Shown here piece by piece: positions 1-13,447 of a DNA stretch of 64,000 nt. The notes under the pieces are model-generated. The model had not been told where the DNA came from. It did no database searches and saw only the letters and a list, made by a program, of their open reading frames with translations. The first letter of the stretch is position 1. Each line of letters starts with the position of its first letter. Source of the DNA: Squalus acanthias (taxonomy: Eukaryota); NCBI GenBank assembly GCA_030390025.1, contig CM059438.1, positions 65,226,001 through 65,290,000 on the forward strand, read 5' to 3'. The translations under genes and the position numbers were made by a program.

Positions 1-17
1 CAGAATTTCATTGCAAG

Positions 18-505
18 ACAACAGCAACAACTTGCATTTATATAGCACCTTTAACATCGTAAAGCATCCCAAGGTGCTTCACAGGAGCGTAATCAGACAA
101 AATTTGACACTGAGCCACTGGAGATATTAAGACAGGTGACTGAAAGCTTGGTCAAAGAGGTAGGTTTCAAGGAACATCTTAAAGGAGAGGAGAGAGGTAG
201 AGAGGCGGTGAGGTTTATGGAGGGAATTCCAGAGCTTAGGGCCTAGATGGCTGAAGGCACGGCTGCCAATGCTGGGGCGAAGGAAATCGGGGATGCACAA
301 GAGGCCAGAATTGGAGGAACACAGAGTTCCCTGAGGATTGTAAAGCTGGAGGAGATTACAGAGATAGGGAGGGGCGAGGCCGTGAAGGGATTTGAACACA
401 AGAATAAGCATTTTAAATTTGAGGCGTTGCCGGATTGGGAACCAATGTTGTTCAGCGAGCATAGGGCTGATGGATGAACGGAACTTGGTGCGAGTTCGGT
501 TACGG
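18..505 (-). mobile_element. L2 (LINE-2) 3' fragment with (TTG)n tail
   Basis: ORF 127..630(-) has the L2 ORF2 C-terminus (HWFPIRQRLKFK...LHGLAPPYL...RAFSHLGPKLWNSL...LETYLFDQAF). The caacagcaacaacttgcatttatatagc end is the reverse complement of the tail of the L2 copies at 18.5 and 27 kb. Confidence 0.85.
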
Positions 506-3500
506 GCATGCAAACACACATTTATCAAATGCCCATTCACAGCCTGTGGCCTGGTAAACCTTAAAAAAAAGCCAGAAGAAAAAATGTTGGATGTACGTGG
601 AAACAGGAGATTCAGCATAAGCAAATGCATTGTAACCTTTAGACTCCCAACAGATCCTGGGAAATGACAGTCTCCCTGGGCCAGAGAACTTTTGGCAAGT
701 TTTCAGATTGCACACTGCAATGCTGAGACAAACACTAATATGACTGTAATATTCAAAACCTATTCATTACTGTACTATCACCGTACCCAATTTTATGTAA
801 AAAATTTTGAAAATAATGCAAGAAACCTTTCAATTTCATGAACCTGTTCACTCTCCTGTTACTTCCTGTTTCTAATTTTTAATCTTTGATTTTTCCTCTA
901 TTTCCTTATCCAACCCCATGTTGCTTTAAATTAGCAAACATTTTTTTGGCCTGAAAACAATTAAATATAAAATCTTGCACTTTCTTGTTTCATCTTCTTA
1001 CTGCTCATTCCCATTGCCCATTTTGGAGATGCGAGCATAATAAAAAGGGTTTTCATTGGTAGATGCTCATGGGCTTGACCAATAAGTACCTCATCGTTGG
1101 CACCCAAAACCTAACAGCATTTAATAGGGTTGACTTGACCTCAATGCTGAAGTGGTTAAAATGCTTATATTTGCTTGACTTTTCCTGCTCACACTGTCTA
1201 CAGTGTGGAACTATCCTGAATAGAAATATATATATATATATATATAAAACAGGAATACAGAAACCGAAAACATAAATGCCGACTTTTTAAAATTGGTAAT
1301 CTGCTGTTTCCTCCAGACTCATTCAAAGTTAAAAGGTGAGGTGCATTTTCAGAGACAAAGCAAAATAAGAATTGTTAAAATTACGTCACCCATTTCAGCC
1401 GCTAACTGAAAAGAAAATGTCCTGTTGTTAAAATAAACCACTGTGTTGTAGATGGGTCTCAGTTTTATTAGTTTAAATCAACTGTGGACAGCTAGCACAT
1501 TTCTACTGAATCCCTGACTATCCATTGCTAATATGTAATGAACTGTTTAGTCAGTGCTAACCCCCTGTTGAAAAATAAATGTTTACATTTTGAAGTGTCT
1601 GTCACTATGTGCCTTGAGGGCCTAATATCACAATTAACTTTGACTGCTGTCATGTTGTCAGATTCCACACTCAACCTGGCCAGCTGTGAAAAAAGGTGGA
1701 CAATGCGGGTGGGGGGTTGGTGAGGTAGTGCAGTTGATCAGAAAACTGCCCTTTTCCCTTCACGGTTACAAGCTCAGTTCCTGCCCAGACTGATGGTTCG
1801 AAGGTTTCCCCTTTCTCCGAATTGTTCAATGTAAAATGAATTTGGCCAGCTTCACCCCAGTTCCCAGCTGACTATAATTCGCATTAAACTGTCAGTCTCA
1901 CTCAGAGCGGCCACATAAATAACTAACTGCTACAGTCTGAGAGTGGAGATTCATGCATGTTGTCGGGGCATGATTGAGGGAGCTTTTCTCTGTATCTGAC
2001 TTGATGCTGCTTAATGTTGACATTTGAGGGTTAATTTTCTGCTTTTATATCCCCAGGATTGTGTATCGGCATATCGGGCACGGAATATCGTGCACCTGTT
2101 TCACAGCCCGTCCAATTTTAAGTCCATTGATTTAAATAGGCAGACAATTGGATGGGCTGCATAACAGGCCTGAGCTAAATTTATTAACTTAGAATATGTC
2201 TCTTCTGCTAGAATCAACACATAAATCTATGTCACTCAAAGTTTCTTAGGGCATGGGGCTCGTGGCTGCTGCACAATAAATGTGTCAGCAATGATATTGC
2301 TTACTTATGTAAGTCACTGTAGCTTTGAAACAGTGGGAAGACCCCAGGAGTTCAGGGAGCTGAAATGTTCATATTCTCGAGACGCATCTTGGGCCATCAA
2401 TAAATTTGGTTTCCTTTGTCGTTCGTCATGGTTGGTGGAATATCCTTTGTGGGTTAATTAAATCATTAAAGGTATATTGTCTAGGGTCAGATTTAAGGTG
2501 AGTGATAGAGCAGTCGTTCTCTCTCTTCCCCCGACACAAAAATCAGCTGTGAGGTTAGTAGCTTAGTTAGAGATGTTAGCCTACATGTATAAGTTAATTA
2601 AGTTGTATTTTCAGTATTTTTCAAATCTGAGGAGTGTAGGGAAATTGATTGTTCTCACCTGGCTCACCGTGCGATACTTAGTAAGCAGTATACGTTGCAA
2701 GACTTCCCTGTTGGGATCTGCAGGTCCGACTATCATTTAACTAGGTAATGGGCATTAAATGGTGCACTCCAGATTGTAGGGGACGCAAGGTCCACATGTG
2801 TTTGCCTACAAAACAACAGTACCTACGCTTTGATAGTAATCCATTTGCTGTAAAGTGCTTTGGGATGTCCCGAAGACATGAAAGGCATTAGCTAAATGCA
2901 ATTTCTTTCTTTAAGAGAGTGACCGGTGACACTGGACTCGAGAGAGTACCTAGTACAAATCCTGGAAATCTTGGACTGTATTACATAGAATAGTAGCTGG
3001 CAGTGAATTTAAGACTATTATTAAATCTATTCATTGTGCTGATGTGCATTGAGTAGTTGAGCTACATCATCATAGGTTGATGCTGTCAGAATGTCTTGAT
3101 TGATTTTTGTAAAACACTACCAGCTGTTAATTCTTGTATCTTCATTCAATCACCAGAGCATTCCTATTCACAGAAAATTAATTTTCTGCAGCATTTTTTA
3201 GCAAAAACTGTTCAAAATAATCTGCGTTTGAAGCCTATTAATTAATTTTTTTCATATTAAATATATTTATATACCTAAAATGCAATATTTAATTCTCTAT
3301 ATTAAATTAGCAAGGCAGCCTTTTCTTGAAGCAAGGCCGTCATTTTAGAAAGCAATTTTGAGCCCTTAAAGGGGAACTGCCTTCTAAAATAAAAAAAAAA
3401 TCACCCTTAGAGCTCAACTGCCTTCTGGAAAAAAACATTAAAAATAATTCCAAAATGGCAGTCTTCAGCTCTTAAAGCTGAACTGCCTTCGGCACGTAAA

Positions 3501-3732
3501 AAAATGGTAACACTAACACAAATGCCTCAACAGGCCAGGGAAAGGGAACCAAGGGTTTGCACGCAGCACTCCAGCTTTGTGCAGGGGGTCAAAAGTGGAA
3601 GAGATGCCCTATACCCAAAGGGGGCCAGGAGGCCCTCCAGAAAGAAGGATGTGGGACCAGATCACCGAGGCGGTCACTGCCAGCAATGTTGCCCCAAGGA
3701 TCTGGCTCCAGTGCCCAAAGAAATTTCATGAC

Positions 3733-4600
3733 ATAGAAACAGAGGAATATAGGAACAGGAGTAGGCCATTCAGCCCCTCGAGCCTGCTCCACCATTCAAT
3801 AAGATCATGGTTGATCTGCGACCTAACTCCATATACCCGCCTTTGGCCCATATCCCTTAATACCTTTGGTTAACAGAAAGCTATCAATCTCCGATTTAAA
3901 ATTAACAATTGATCTAGCATCAATTGCTGTTTGCTGTTTAAGAGAGTTCAAACTTCTACCACCCTTTGTGAGTAGAAGAGTTTCTTAATTTCACTCCTGA
4001 AAGGTCTGGCTCTAATTTTTAGACTATGCCCCCGAGTCCTAGACTCCTCAACCAGTGGAAATAGTTTCTCTCTATCTACCCTATCTGTTCCCCTTAATAT
4101 CTTGAAAACTTTGATCAGATCACCCCTTAACCTTCTAAATTCTAGGGAATACAACCCTAATTTGTGTAATCTCGCCTCGTAACTTCACCCTTGAAGTCCG
4201 GGTATCACTCTGGTAAACTTACACTGTACTCCCTCCAAGGCCAATATATCCTTCCTAAGGTGTGGTGCCCAGAACTGCTCACAGTACTCCAGGTGTGGTC
4301 TAACCAGGGTTTTGTATAGCTGCAGCATAATTCTACCCCCTTGTATTCTAGTCCTCTAAATATAAAAGCCAGCATCCCATTAGCCTTTTTGATTATTTTC
4401 TGTTACTGTTCATGATATTTTAATGATTTATGTACCTGGACCCCCAAGTCTCTTTAGACCGCCACGGATTTTAGCCATTCACCATTTAGAAAGTATCCTG
4501 TTCTATCTTTTTTATGTCCAAAGTGGATGACCTCACATTTGCCTACATTGAAATTCAATTGCCCATTCACTTAATCTGTCGATATCCCTTTGTAATTTTA
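3733..4600 (-). mobile_element. CR1 LINE 3' fragment
   Basis: ORF 3948..4154(-) YSLEFRRLRGDLIKVFKI...RTRGHSLKI is the CR1 ORF2 C-terminus; a CR1 3' UTR is at 3733-3870. It splits the Myb exon. Confidence 0.9.
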
Positions 4601-5058
4601 TAACCTCAGGCAAGTGATCAAGGTCAGTGAATGTATCTTCAAAAGCCATCTCCTACCAACTGTACCACCAACCTCACACACTGCTCAATGCACCATCCCC
4701 ACCACCCACCATCACTCACCTACCAACAATCTCTACCAAACATGGGGCACACCTCACATTCCTACCTTCACCTCACCCCCTTGGAGGAGACGGTGCTGGC
4801 CATTCTTGGCCAGCAGTGGAGCTGCAAGAATACAAGATGCCGGTATCCTCATATGTTATCCTCCTTCTCACATTCCACTTCCCCCCTCCTGACACAATCT
4901 CTTCTGATGCACAAGCTGCGCATGGTGCAAGTATGCAGCTCCTGCTTTCCTCCCCTCCCCTCACCACAACCCTACCCTTGTGCCAGCCTCATTTCAGACA
5001 CCCAAGAAATCCAGCCTGTCCAGCCAATGGTTGACCAAGAAGAGGGAGAGGAGAGTGA

Positions 5059-5993
5059 ACAACAACTTGTATTAAAATAGCGCCTTTAATGTAGTAAAAC
5101 GTCCCAAGGTGTTGCACAGGAGTATTTTAAGACAAAAAATTTGACATCGATCCACATAAGGATAAATTAGGTCAGGTGACCAAAAGTTTGGTCAAAGAGA
5201 TTTTGGATGACCTCAAGTTTACGTAGGGTGGAATGTGGGAGGCCAGCCAGGAGTGCATTGGAACAGTCAAGTCTAGAGGTAACAAATGCATGGATGAGGT
5301 TTTCAGCAGCTGATGAGCTGAGGCAAGGGTGGAGATGGGCGATGTTACGGAGGTGGAAGTAGGCAGTCTTTGTTATGCTGCGGATATGTGGTCGGAAGCT
5401 CATTCCGGGTCAAATATGACACCAAGGTTGCGAACAGTGTGGTTCAGCCTCAGACAAATGTTAGGGAGAGGGATGGAGTCAATGGCTAGGGAACGGAGTT
5501 TGTGGCGGGGACCAAAAACAATGGCTTCGGTCTTCCCAATACTTAATTGGAGAAAATTGTTTCTCATCCAGAACTATGTCAGACAAACAGTCTGACAATT
5601 TCGACACCGTGGAGGGGTCTAGAGAAGAGGTAGTGAGGTAGAGCTGGGTGTCGTCAGCGTACATGTGGAAACTGACGCTGTGTTTTCGGATGATGTCACC
5701 AAGGGGCAACATGTAGATGAGAAATAGGAGGGGGCCAAGGATAAATCCTTGGGGGACACCAGAGGTAACGATGCGGGAGCGGGAAGAGAAACTGTTACAG
5801 GTGATCCTCTGGTTACGATCAGATAGATAAGAATAGAACCAGGCAAGTGCAGTCCCACCCAGCTGGATGATGGTGGAGAGGCGTTGGAGAAGGATGGAGT
5901 GGTCCACCATGTCAAAGGCAGCAGACAAGTCAAGAAGGACGAGGAGGGATAGTTTACCTTTGTCACAGTCACAAAGGATGTCATTTGTGACTT
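5059..5993 (-). mobile_element. L2 LINE fragment (RT domain to tail, internally deleted)
   Basis: ORFs 5479..5928 (SAAFDMVDHSILL...GVPQGFILGPLLF...YADDTQLY) and 5167..5403; caacaacttgta tail. It interrupts a Glu-rich exon of the surrounding Harbinger element. Confidence 0.9.
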
Positions 5994-6576
5994 TGAAGAA
6001 GAAGAAGAAGAAACACCATCACTCGATTTGACACTCCCAGCCATCATTACCTCAAGGTTGTCCTGCAAGGCCATCTGCAGTCTCCCCCACTGAAAGTCAG
6101 GAGCCTTCCACTAGCCATACTGCAGCCACTGTGGTAGCACTGTGTGACATCACTAGGATAGGCAAAGGCACACACAGGACAGTCACTAAGAGAATGCACA
6201 AGGGTGATTAGTTGATTTCTTGATGTCATATTGGATGCATATATGGATAAAGTTGGATTGGAAAGTTTGCTTTGTGGTGACTTTTCTTTCAGCATTGTGG
6301 CCAAGCGGATGCTGTGATGGTCAGTAACAGAGGGAAGGTAAGGTGTGGGACAAATGTTGAAAGGGGAATTGGGGTTGTGGTCATTGGTACCTGCAGGCAG
6401 GTAATTCGATCCCGGATATCCCGGCCATAAAGGGGCTGTCTGGGTTGCCTCCTTCCTTCCACTTCCTCCTCTTCTGCTTCTTCCTCTTCCCTCTATGAGC
6501 AGCTTGTCCCCTTTGCTGCCTCCGCTTCATCTCCATGTGCCCCCCAGGACTGTGAGCAAGTGGTCTTCTCAGAGGC

Positions 6577-6724
6577 AAAATACTGCAGATGCTGGGAATC
6601 TGAAATAAAAACTGAAAATGCTAGAACTACTCAGCAGGTCAGGCAGCATCTCGACTTGAAACATTAACTCTGTTTCTCTCTCCTCAGATGCTGCCTGACC
6701 TGCTGAGTGTTTCCAGCATTTTCT
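6577..6724. mobile_element. Short Penelope-derived fold-back insertion with 14-bp TSD
   Basis: TSD gtcttctcagaggc at 6563-6576 and 6725-6738. The inverted arms (aaaatgctagaactactcagcaggtcaggcagcatct / agatgctgcctgacctgctgagtgtttccagcatttt) match the ends of the Penelope element at 41941-44028. Confidence 0.8.
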
Positions 6725-7925
6725 GTCTTCTCAGAGGCCTTCCTTTACCATCCAAAGCCGTGCAAGCATCCAGCAGCACTCCCTGCACACTTTAACAACA
6801 TTGTAAATGTATTGCACCAAGCCACTACTTCAATAAAATATAAAAAAGCACTCCAAAAGCTGAAATCCAAACTTACCTGAAAGATGTGTGTGTCACTTTA
6901 AGAAGCTCTGACAGCGTCTCTGCGGTACTGCTACACACACGTTCTTCCATGCATGGTTTGGAGAGGGTGTTATAGCGTGCAGCGACGTCGAAAATAGCGT
7001 CAAATCAGGTGTTACATGCAGATTGATGCCACGATCTGCCCATTTGAATTTCAGCGGCCAGCGCTGGAAACAGGAGCGCTATGGATCTCACCAAACTGGC
7101 GGCCGCTGTGTCCCGTGCCGGAAATAGAAGGAAGCGAGGTGGCCGCCATTTTTTTTCGCAGAAATATGGCGCAAACACACAGCGATAAGGTAGGGAATTT
7201 CTAGGCCTCTGTGTTGTTAAAAAGCTTGGTGCTGCAGCTGTCACTCATAAGAATATTGCTGTAGATCACAAAAGTTATTTTAAACTGGAAGTTCTGGTGA
7301 AATAAATTCGCTGACGTTCAGACATTTGGTTCAATTCCAACTGACCCGAGGCCATCGAAGTCCGAGCTCAATCAGACTTGTGCTTTTGTACAATTCGACG
7401 GCAAACTGAAAATTGGTGTGAACTTCTAAGTGCGAATTCCATTTTTGCAAGCAAGCTTATTCCCTTTTGAAAGGGGAAAAGTTCATCTTTCTCTCATCCT
7501 AATTAAACTCAGATTAACTTGGATTTGTCATTTGGATTTGTGCTGCCTGTTAATTAGAAATGTCACTCAGAAACTCCTTTTCACACAAAAACACAACCAG
7601 CATCTTTCTCCAGGCAACGTGAGGCGTCTTGCTTGTTTCAGCTTGATTGTCCTTGAAACAAAATTTCATTGTATTACAGTGTCAATGATGGCTTTCTTAT
7701 GTCAGAAAATCTTCGTGTTTGTTTCTTTGAAGAGCAAAACCAAAAATTAATAATCTTAGACATTATAAACATTGCTGTTTCTTGTTTTCTTGTATAACTC
7801 TAGGTTTAAAGGGGGAGTGTACTGACCTGAGCTGTCACTCAAGCTGAACTATTTACAAGGAAAATCCTCTGTATAATTATATTTGTGTCTGAAATTCCGT
7901 GAGTCTGTTTTGGTCTAAATCTCAA

Positions 7926-8656
7926 GGGGGTTGAAATTGGGTGCCTCTAACGGGGCGTAAATGGCTTTGCGACCGGGCGCGGCGCTGTCATCGACTCCCG
8001 CCATATTCGGCGGGAGTTTTGCGGCAGCGCTACAGCGTTGCGCCCCGATCTCCTTCGCCCGGATATCATGACGTCATCACCGTGCGCATCGCCCCGGTAG
8101 TGCCCCTGGACACGAAATTGACTTCTGTCCCCTGCAGCAGCGCCGGTCGAAAACACCGACAGCCTCAGGAGGCGTGCATTGGGCGGCCGGCCACTTCGGG
8201 GGCGATGATTAAAGGCGAGGTGGCCGAGGTAACTAAAAAAATCTTACCTTTCCTGTTCTAGTTTTTTTCGCGGGTTCCTGCCTGCGATCGATCAGCCTGG
8301 CGCTCTGCTTTAGTGCTGGGCTGATCGTGCGGGATCGCGGCTGCCTTGGTGGTCCAGGTAGGTATTTTTTAAATTGCAGAGCCTGCAGCGATGGCCCAAC
8401 CCTTTAAGGGAGGGAAGGAGCCTTTGAACGCGGCAGCGCTGCGCGGCCCAGTGTGCGGCGCTGCTGAAGTCTCCGCCCCGCTCTCCGATGTTAGCGCCCT
8501 AAGAAGGAAGTGGAGCGCCTGATTTAGCGCTCCACTTCCCTCTTGGGGCGCTAAAACTCAATTTCGCGGTCGCCAGCGCTAATTAACGCCGGCCGCTAAA
8601 GTTAGCGCCCAGGCAATGTTAGCGCCCCAAAATGGTCGATACCGAATTTTTCCCCC
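7926..8656. mobile_element. GC-rich Harbinger-type MITE
   Basis: Imperfect TIRs gggggttgaaattgggt / accgaatttttccccc; repeated ttagcgcc subterminal motifs; related to the MITE at 19927-20819. Confidence 0.7.
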
Positions 8657-8671
8657 TTGGCTCCTTGGATT

Positions 8672-8880
8672 TTAGTGATATTTATCCCACTGCTTTCCAA
8701 AAAACAGATTATCTGGTCATTATCACATTGCTGTTTGTGGGAGCTTGCTGTGCGCAAATTGACTGCCGCGTTTCCTACATTACGACAGTGACCCCACTTC
8801 AAAAGTACTTCATTGTCTGTAAAGCGCTTTGAGACATCCCGTGATCGTGAAAGGAGCTATATAAATGCAAGTCTTTTTCT
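8672..8880 (+). mobile_element. Deu-domain SINE, 3' part
   Basis: atatttatccc...ctggtcattatcacattgctgtttgtgggagcttgctgtgcgcaaattg...ctatataaatgcaagtc matches the fuller SINE copies at 31.6 and 58.9 kb. Confidence 0.75.
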
Positions 8881-9915
8881 TTTATTCCATATGTTGATCG
8901 TTCTTTGTGTGAAAAATAACTTACTGATGTCAGCCTTAAATTTACCTTTTCCTAGTTTGAGCCCATGTCCCTTTTGTTCTACTCACACTATTTAACTTGA
9001 TATTCCAATTTACCTTTTTCATCGCTTAACTGTTATAAACCGTTATGAGATCACCTCTCAGATACCATCTTCCCTGACGGTAAAGTCCAAGTTTCCTCAG
9101 TCTTTCCTCAAAATTCAGACCTCTTCCATTAGGTTTAACCTCATGGCTCTCTGCACTACCTCCAGTTCTCAAATATCCCCCATGTGTCTCACCGACCAGA
9201 GCAGGACACAGTAATTGTGGAGTGGTCTGGCCAGAGAACTATACAGATTGGTCACAACTTCCTCCGTCTTGAATTTTACTCTGTTTTGGCGATGTAGTTC
9301 AACATGCTATTGGCTTTGTTGATTGCTCTTCTGCGATGGTTGGACATGCTGAGCGTCAAGTCCACCAGGATGGCTAGTTCTCAATAAACTCAATTCTTAG
9401 TGCAAGCAGCCCTGAAGTACCTCATCTGTGTGGCCATTCTGCGTCTATGAACCAAGCCAACGAGTCTCACTTAGTTACTCAACTGTGGTGGGCCAGATCT
9501 CATCTTCTCGCAATGTCCAATTATGCGCATCTTCCACCTAGTGTCGCTGGATGGCAACTGGATGGGCTGAATTTTCTTCTTTCAGGCCCAAGGATACCGA
9601 GCTATGCACTGTGAATCGCTTTGTTGAAACAACTCACCGCTGGCTGGCATATTGATTTCCAGGAACAGCACAATTTGGTGTATAGGTTGAGCAATTATAT
9701 GTACCTTGCATCTATAACGCATTTGTCATTGTGAGAGATGGGGATATAACCTGAGACAGCAAATGCTTTGGTAAATGAACATCAATAACTTACATTTATA
9801 TAGCACCATAAAACATAAGGTTTTCATTGGTAGATGTTGATGGGCTCAATAGTAAGTTAACTCATTGTTGGCACCCAAAACCCAACAGCATCTAGTTGGG
9901 TTAACTGGTCCTCAA

Positions 9916-10140
9916 GAACAACAACAACTTGCATTTATATAGCACCTTTAATGTAGTAAAATGTCCCAGGAAGCATCACAGGCGTGTAGTCAGCCACATA
10001 AGGAGATATTAGGACAGGTGACCAAAAGCTTGGTCAAAGAGGTAGGTTTTAAGGAGCATCTTAAAGGTGGAGGAAAGAAGTGGAGAGGCAAAGAGTTTTG
10101 GGAGGGAATTTCCGAGCTCAGGGCCGAGACAGCCGCCAAT
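9916..10140 (-). mobile_element. Short L2 3' tail fragment
   Basis: caacaacaacttgcatttatatagc tail and FKMLLKTYLFDQAFGHLS in ORF 10009..10305(-). Confidence 0.75.
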
Positions 10141-10892
10141 GAAATGAAAAAGAATCAAAGTACGGTGACAGAAGTGCAGTGTTTCTGCTTGAAACTGAGG
10201 GGGAAAAAAAGTTAAAGATGAACAAAGGAAAATTGCCTGAGGCCAAGCTGAAGCAAATGTAGTAAAAAGAAACAAATGACGTTGAAGCTTGAAGACTGTC
10301 ATCAATCGGGCACAGATGGGACTGAAAAGATTGCTTTGAACTTCTTAACCATTCGACACCACAGAAGTTTTGGTGGGATTAAGAAAAAAGGTAGTAATCC
10401 AGAAGCACAGTGAAAGTAACAGAAGCCTGCAGCTATGGAGCAGATAAAATCTGTAGAAGAATTGGGAGATCAAAGGTAACATTTAGTCCTGGTCTGGAAA
10501 CTCTGGAAAGAACAGCTGCAGACATTTATGGACTTTGGAATGACTGAGATGAGAAAGTAAAAGTTAAAATATTTTGGACTGAGCAAGTAATCACGATGGC
10601 GGTCTGGACAGGAGTCTGGCAAAGAGCTTTCGAAAAATACTCACAGAGGTAAAGCAACTATTCAATGGCAATGTAATCCTACAAAAGAGACAGTTGGCCA
10701 GGATTTTCCCAGTGGCGTGCGTGCAGGTTTGGAGGCGGGCCGGCAGTAGACGTTGCTGAAAATGGGAGCGCGTCGGGAACCCGTCGTCATCACGCCTCCT
10801 CGCGTCTTTAACCCGGGCGCATTTGCCAGTGCAGCACGGACCCGAATGGCAGAGGCGGCCGACCTAATTAAGCTCACTAAAACCTTGTTGTC

Positions 10893-11825
10893 ATAAGGAC
10901 ATAAGAAACAGGAGCAGGAGTAGGCCAGTCAGCCCCTCGAGCCTGCTCCGCCATTCAATAAGATCATGGCTGATCCAATCTTGGCCTCAACACCACTTTC
11001 CCGCTCTCTCCCCATACCGCTTGACTCCCTTGTAGTTCAAATGTCTGTCAAACTCCGCCTTGAATACATTCAGTGACTCCGTCTCCACAGCTCTCTGGAG
11101 TAGAGAATTCCAAAGATTCCCGACCCTCTGAGAGAAGAAATTCCTCCTCATCTCCGTCTTAAATGGGCGACCCCTTATTCTGAATCTATGCCCCCTAGTT
11201 CTAGTTACCCCTCCAGGGGAAACATCCTCTCAGCATCCACCCTGTCAATCTCCCTCAGAACCTTATATGTTTCAATAAGATCACCTCTCATTCTTCTAAA
11301 CTCCAATGAGTATAGGCCCAACCTGCTCAACCTATCGTCATATGTCAACCCCTTCATCCCAGGAATCAACCTAGTGAACCTTCTCTGCACTGCCTCCAAT
11401 GCAACTATACCCTTCCTTAAATATGGAGACCACAACTGTACGCAGTACTCCAGGTGCAGTCTCACCAGCGCCCTGTAAAGTTGCATCAAAACTTCCCTAC
11501 TTTTATACTCCATAATCCTTGCAATAAAGGCCAACATTCCATTAGCCTTCCTAATTACTTGCTGTACCTGCATGCTAACTTTTTGTGTTTCATGTACTAG
11601 GACCCCCAGATCCCTTTGTACTGCAGCATTTTGTAGTCTCACTCCATTTAAATAATAATTTGCTTTTTCATTCTTCCTTCCAAAGTGGATAAACTCACAT
11701 TTTCCCACATTATACTCCATCTGCCAAATTTTTGCCCACTCACTTAACCTATCTATATCCCTTTGCAGACTCTTTGTGTCCTCCTCACAACTTGCTAACC
11801 CACCTATCTTTGTATCATCAGCATA
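10893..11825 (-). mobile_element. CR1 LINE 3' fragment (young family)
   Basis: ORF 11205..11720(-) MEYNVGKCE...LVRLHLEYCVQLWSP...RGDLIETYK. ttgtca occurs at both ends (possible TSD). Nearly identical to 50511-51345. Confidence 0.92.
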
Positions 11826-12204
11826 TTGTCAGACCCTTAACAGTGTTTTTCACAAGACCTTTTGAATTTCGCTGCATGACCACGGGAATCTCGCAGCTCG
11901 GGAACCATGTCTATCAACCTGAGGCGGAAGCTCTGTGGCCATTGATCGAGGTCATTAATGCAGAGCATGGAAATCCCAATAAATACTCCCAGATGACAGC
12001 TCATTACTTGTCTAAGGGAAAGGCTCTTGCTCACTCCATTTTGAGCACATATTTAGGACATTTTGAGCACAGATTTAGGTGTCCAGAATTTGCAAGTCTT
12101 TTCTGCAACCTCAGAAGCCACTCTCACCTCATTGCTACTAACTATCACAACATTGACAGATTGCTCCTCTGATCACTACTTGACCTGCCATCTATTACAT
12201 CAGC

Positions 12205-12975
12205 ATGGGTTCTGCTTATACTGTGTCACCTTGGTTCTCAGAATCGGACCAGGATGAGACCCAACACCAGCAGCAGCAGGCACACCAGCAGCAGCAGCAG
12301 CAGCATCAACACCAACAATCTTCTCCTCAACGATCTGATGCTCCACAGGACAGGGGGCATCAGTGCAGGGCTGCACCGCACCCCAGAGGCGATACCCCCA
12401 ACACAGGGTATACAAGCAGCGGATGATCTTCCTCAACATGATTGAGCAGCAGTGCCAAAGGAGGCTCAGGTTATCGCGCCAGGTCATCACAGACATTTGC
12501 AGCTTGTTGGAGCAAGACCTGCAGCCCAGAGGACCTGGTGGACAAGCTTTACCAGTGACTGTCAAAGTCACCAGTGCCCTCAACTTCTTCGCCTCAGGCT
12601 CTTTCTAGGGTTCTGCAGCAGACATTTGCAGCATCTCGCAGTCGGCAACCCACAGATGCATCACACAGGTCACCGATGCCATGTTTGACAAGTCAGCCAA
12701 TTATGTCAATTGATGAAGCCATTGTTACTGAGCAGGTGCTCAACTTTGCCACTCTGGCTGGCTTCCCACGGGTGCAGGGCATCATCGACTGCACACATGT
12801 GGCTATCAAGGCACCCCCTCATCACCCAGGAGTGTTTGTGAACCGCAAGGGCTTCCACTCCCTCAAAGTTCAGCTCGTCTGCAACCATAGGAAGATGATC
12901 ATCCATGTGTGCGCCAGATTCCCTGGCAGCTGTCATGACTCATTCGTGATGCGCCAGTCCACCCTTCCTCAGCTC
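12205..12975 (+). pseudogene. Harbinger (HARBI1-like) transposase, 5' half, disrupted
   Basis: Gln-rich N-terminus, RVYKQR...RLRLSRQ...[14 protein letters not shown](stop), then [14 protein letters not shown]...[15 protein letters not shown]...[11 protein letters not shown]. Truncated before the GDxGY motif. Confidence 0.88.
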
Positions 12976-13199
12976 AACGGGTGAGAAGTGTGAGCGCTTT
13001 GAGAGGAGCCCTCACTTCCATGTCCCCTCTCACCCTCATCCCTCTCATGAGCCACCCGCACTTCCCTGCTAGCTGGAGAGCACCTTGCTTCACAGCAATG
13101 GGGCCATGAGGACCCATGTCTACATTTACATCCCTCCTAGCGAGGGGGTCTATGAGCCTTTGCCATTTGTTGTCCATAGATAGCATTTGCTCATGTGAG

Positions 13200-13447
13200 T
13201 GGTGCAATTTCTTCACCCAGAGAGTGGTGAACCTGTGGAATTCTCTACTACAGAAGGTAGTTGAGGCGAAGTCATTAAATATATTCAAGGTTGAGTTAGA
13301 TATATTTCTTAAAGCTAAAGGTATCAAGGGATATGGGGAGAAGGCAGGTACAGGGTACTGAGTTTAGATGATCAGCCATGATCTCATCGAATGGCGGAGC
13401 AGGCTCGAGGGGCCAAATGGCCTACTCCTGCTCCTATCTTCTATGTG
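13200..13447 (+). mobile_element. CR1 3' terminal fragment
   Basis: FFTQRVVNLWNSL...FKVELDIFL...GIKGYG followed by the CR1 3' UTR gatcagccatgatc...cctactcctgctcctat. Confidence 0.88.

Larger units (their letters stand above)
3335..7207. mobile_element. Decayed PIF/Harbinger element (Myb/SANT gene remnant on +, transposase C-terminal remnant on -), interrupted by CR1, L2 and Penelope-like insertions
   Basis: 3522-3732 reads MPQQAREREPR...WDQITEAVTASNVAPRIWLQCPKKFHD, homologous to Myb exon 1 at 22706, and resumes after the CR1 at about 4601. An acidic tract plus GRDIRDRI lies on the minus strand at 6380-6500. The right end gaatttctaggcc (7195-7207) resembles the other Harbinger TIRs. Left end uncertain. 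Confidence 0.6.

Noticed and set aside
6650..6670. Hammerhead in the 6577-6724 insertion
   Set aside because: Only the degenerate 3' half (gacttgaaacattaact) remains; the CUGANGA box is deleted.
10140..10690. Purine-rich stretch that looks like decayed coding sequence and seems to resume after 15143
   Set aside because: No long open frame and no identifiable motif; cannot assign.
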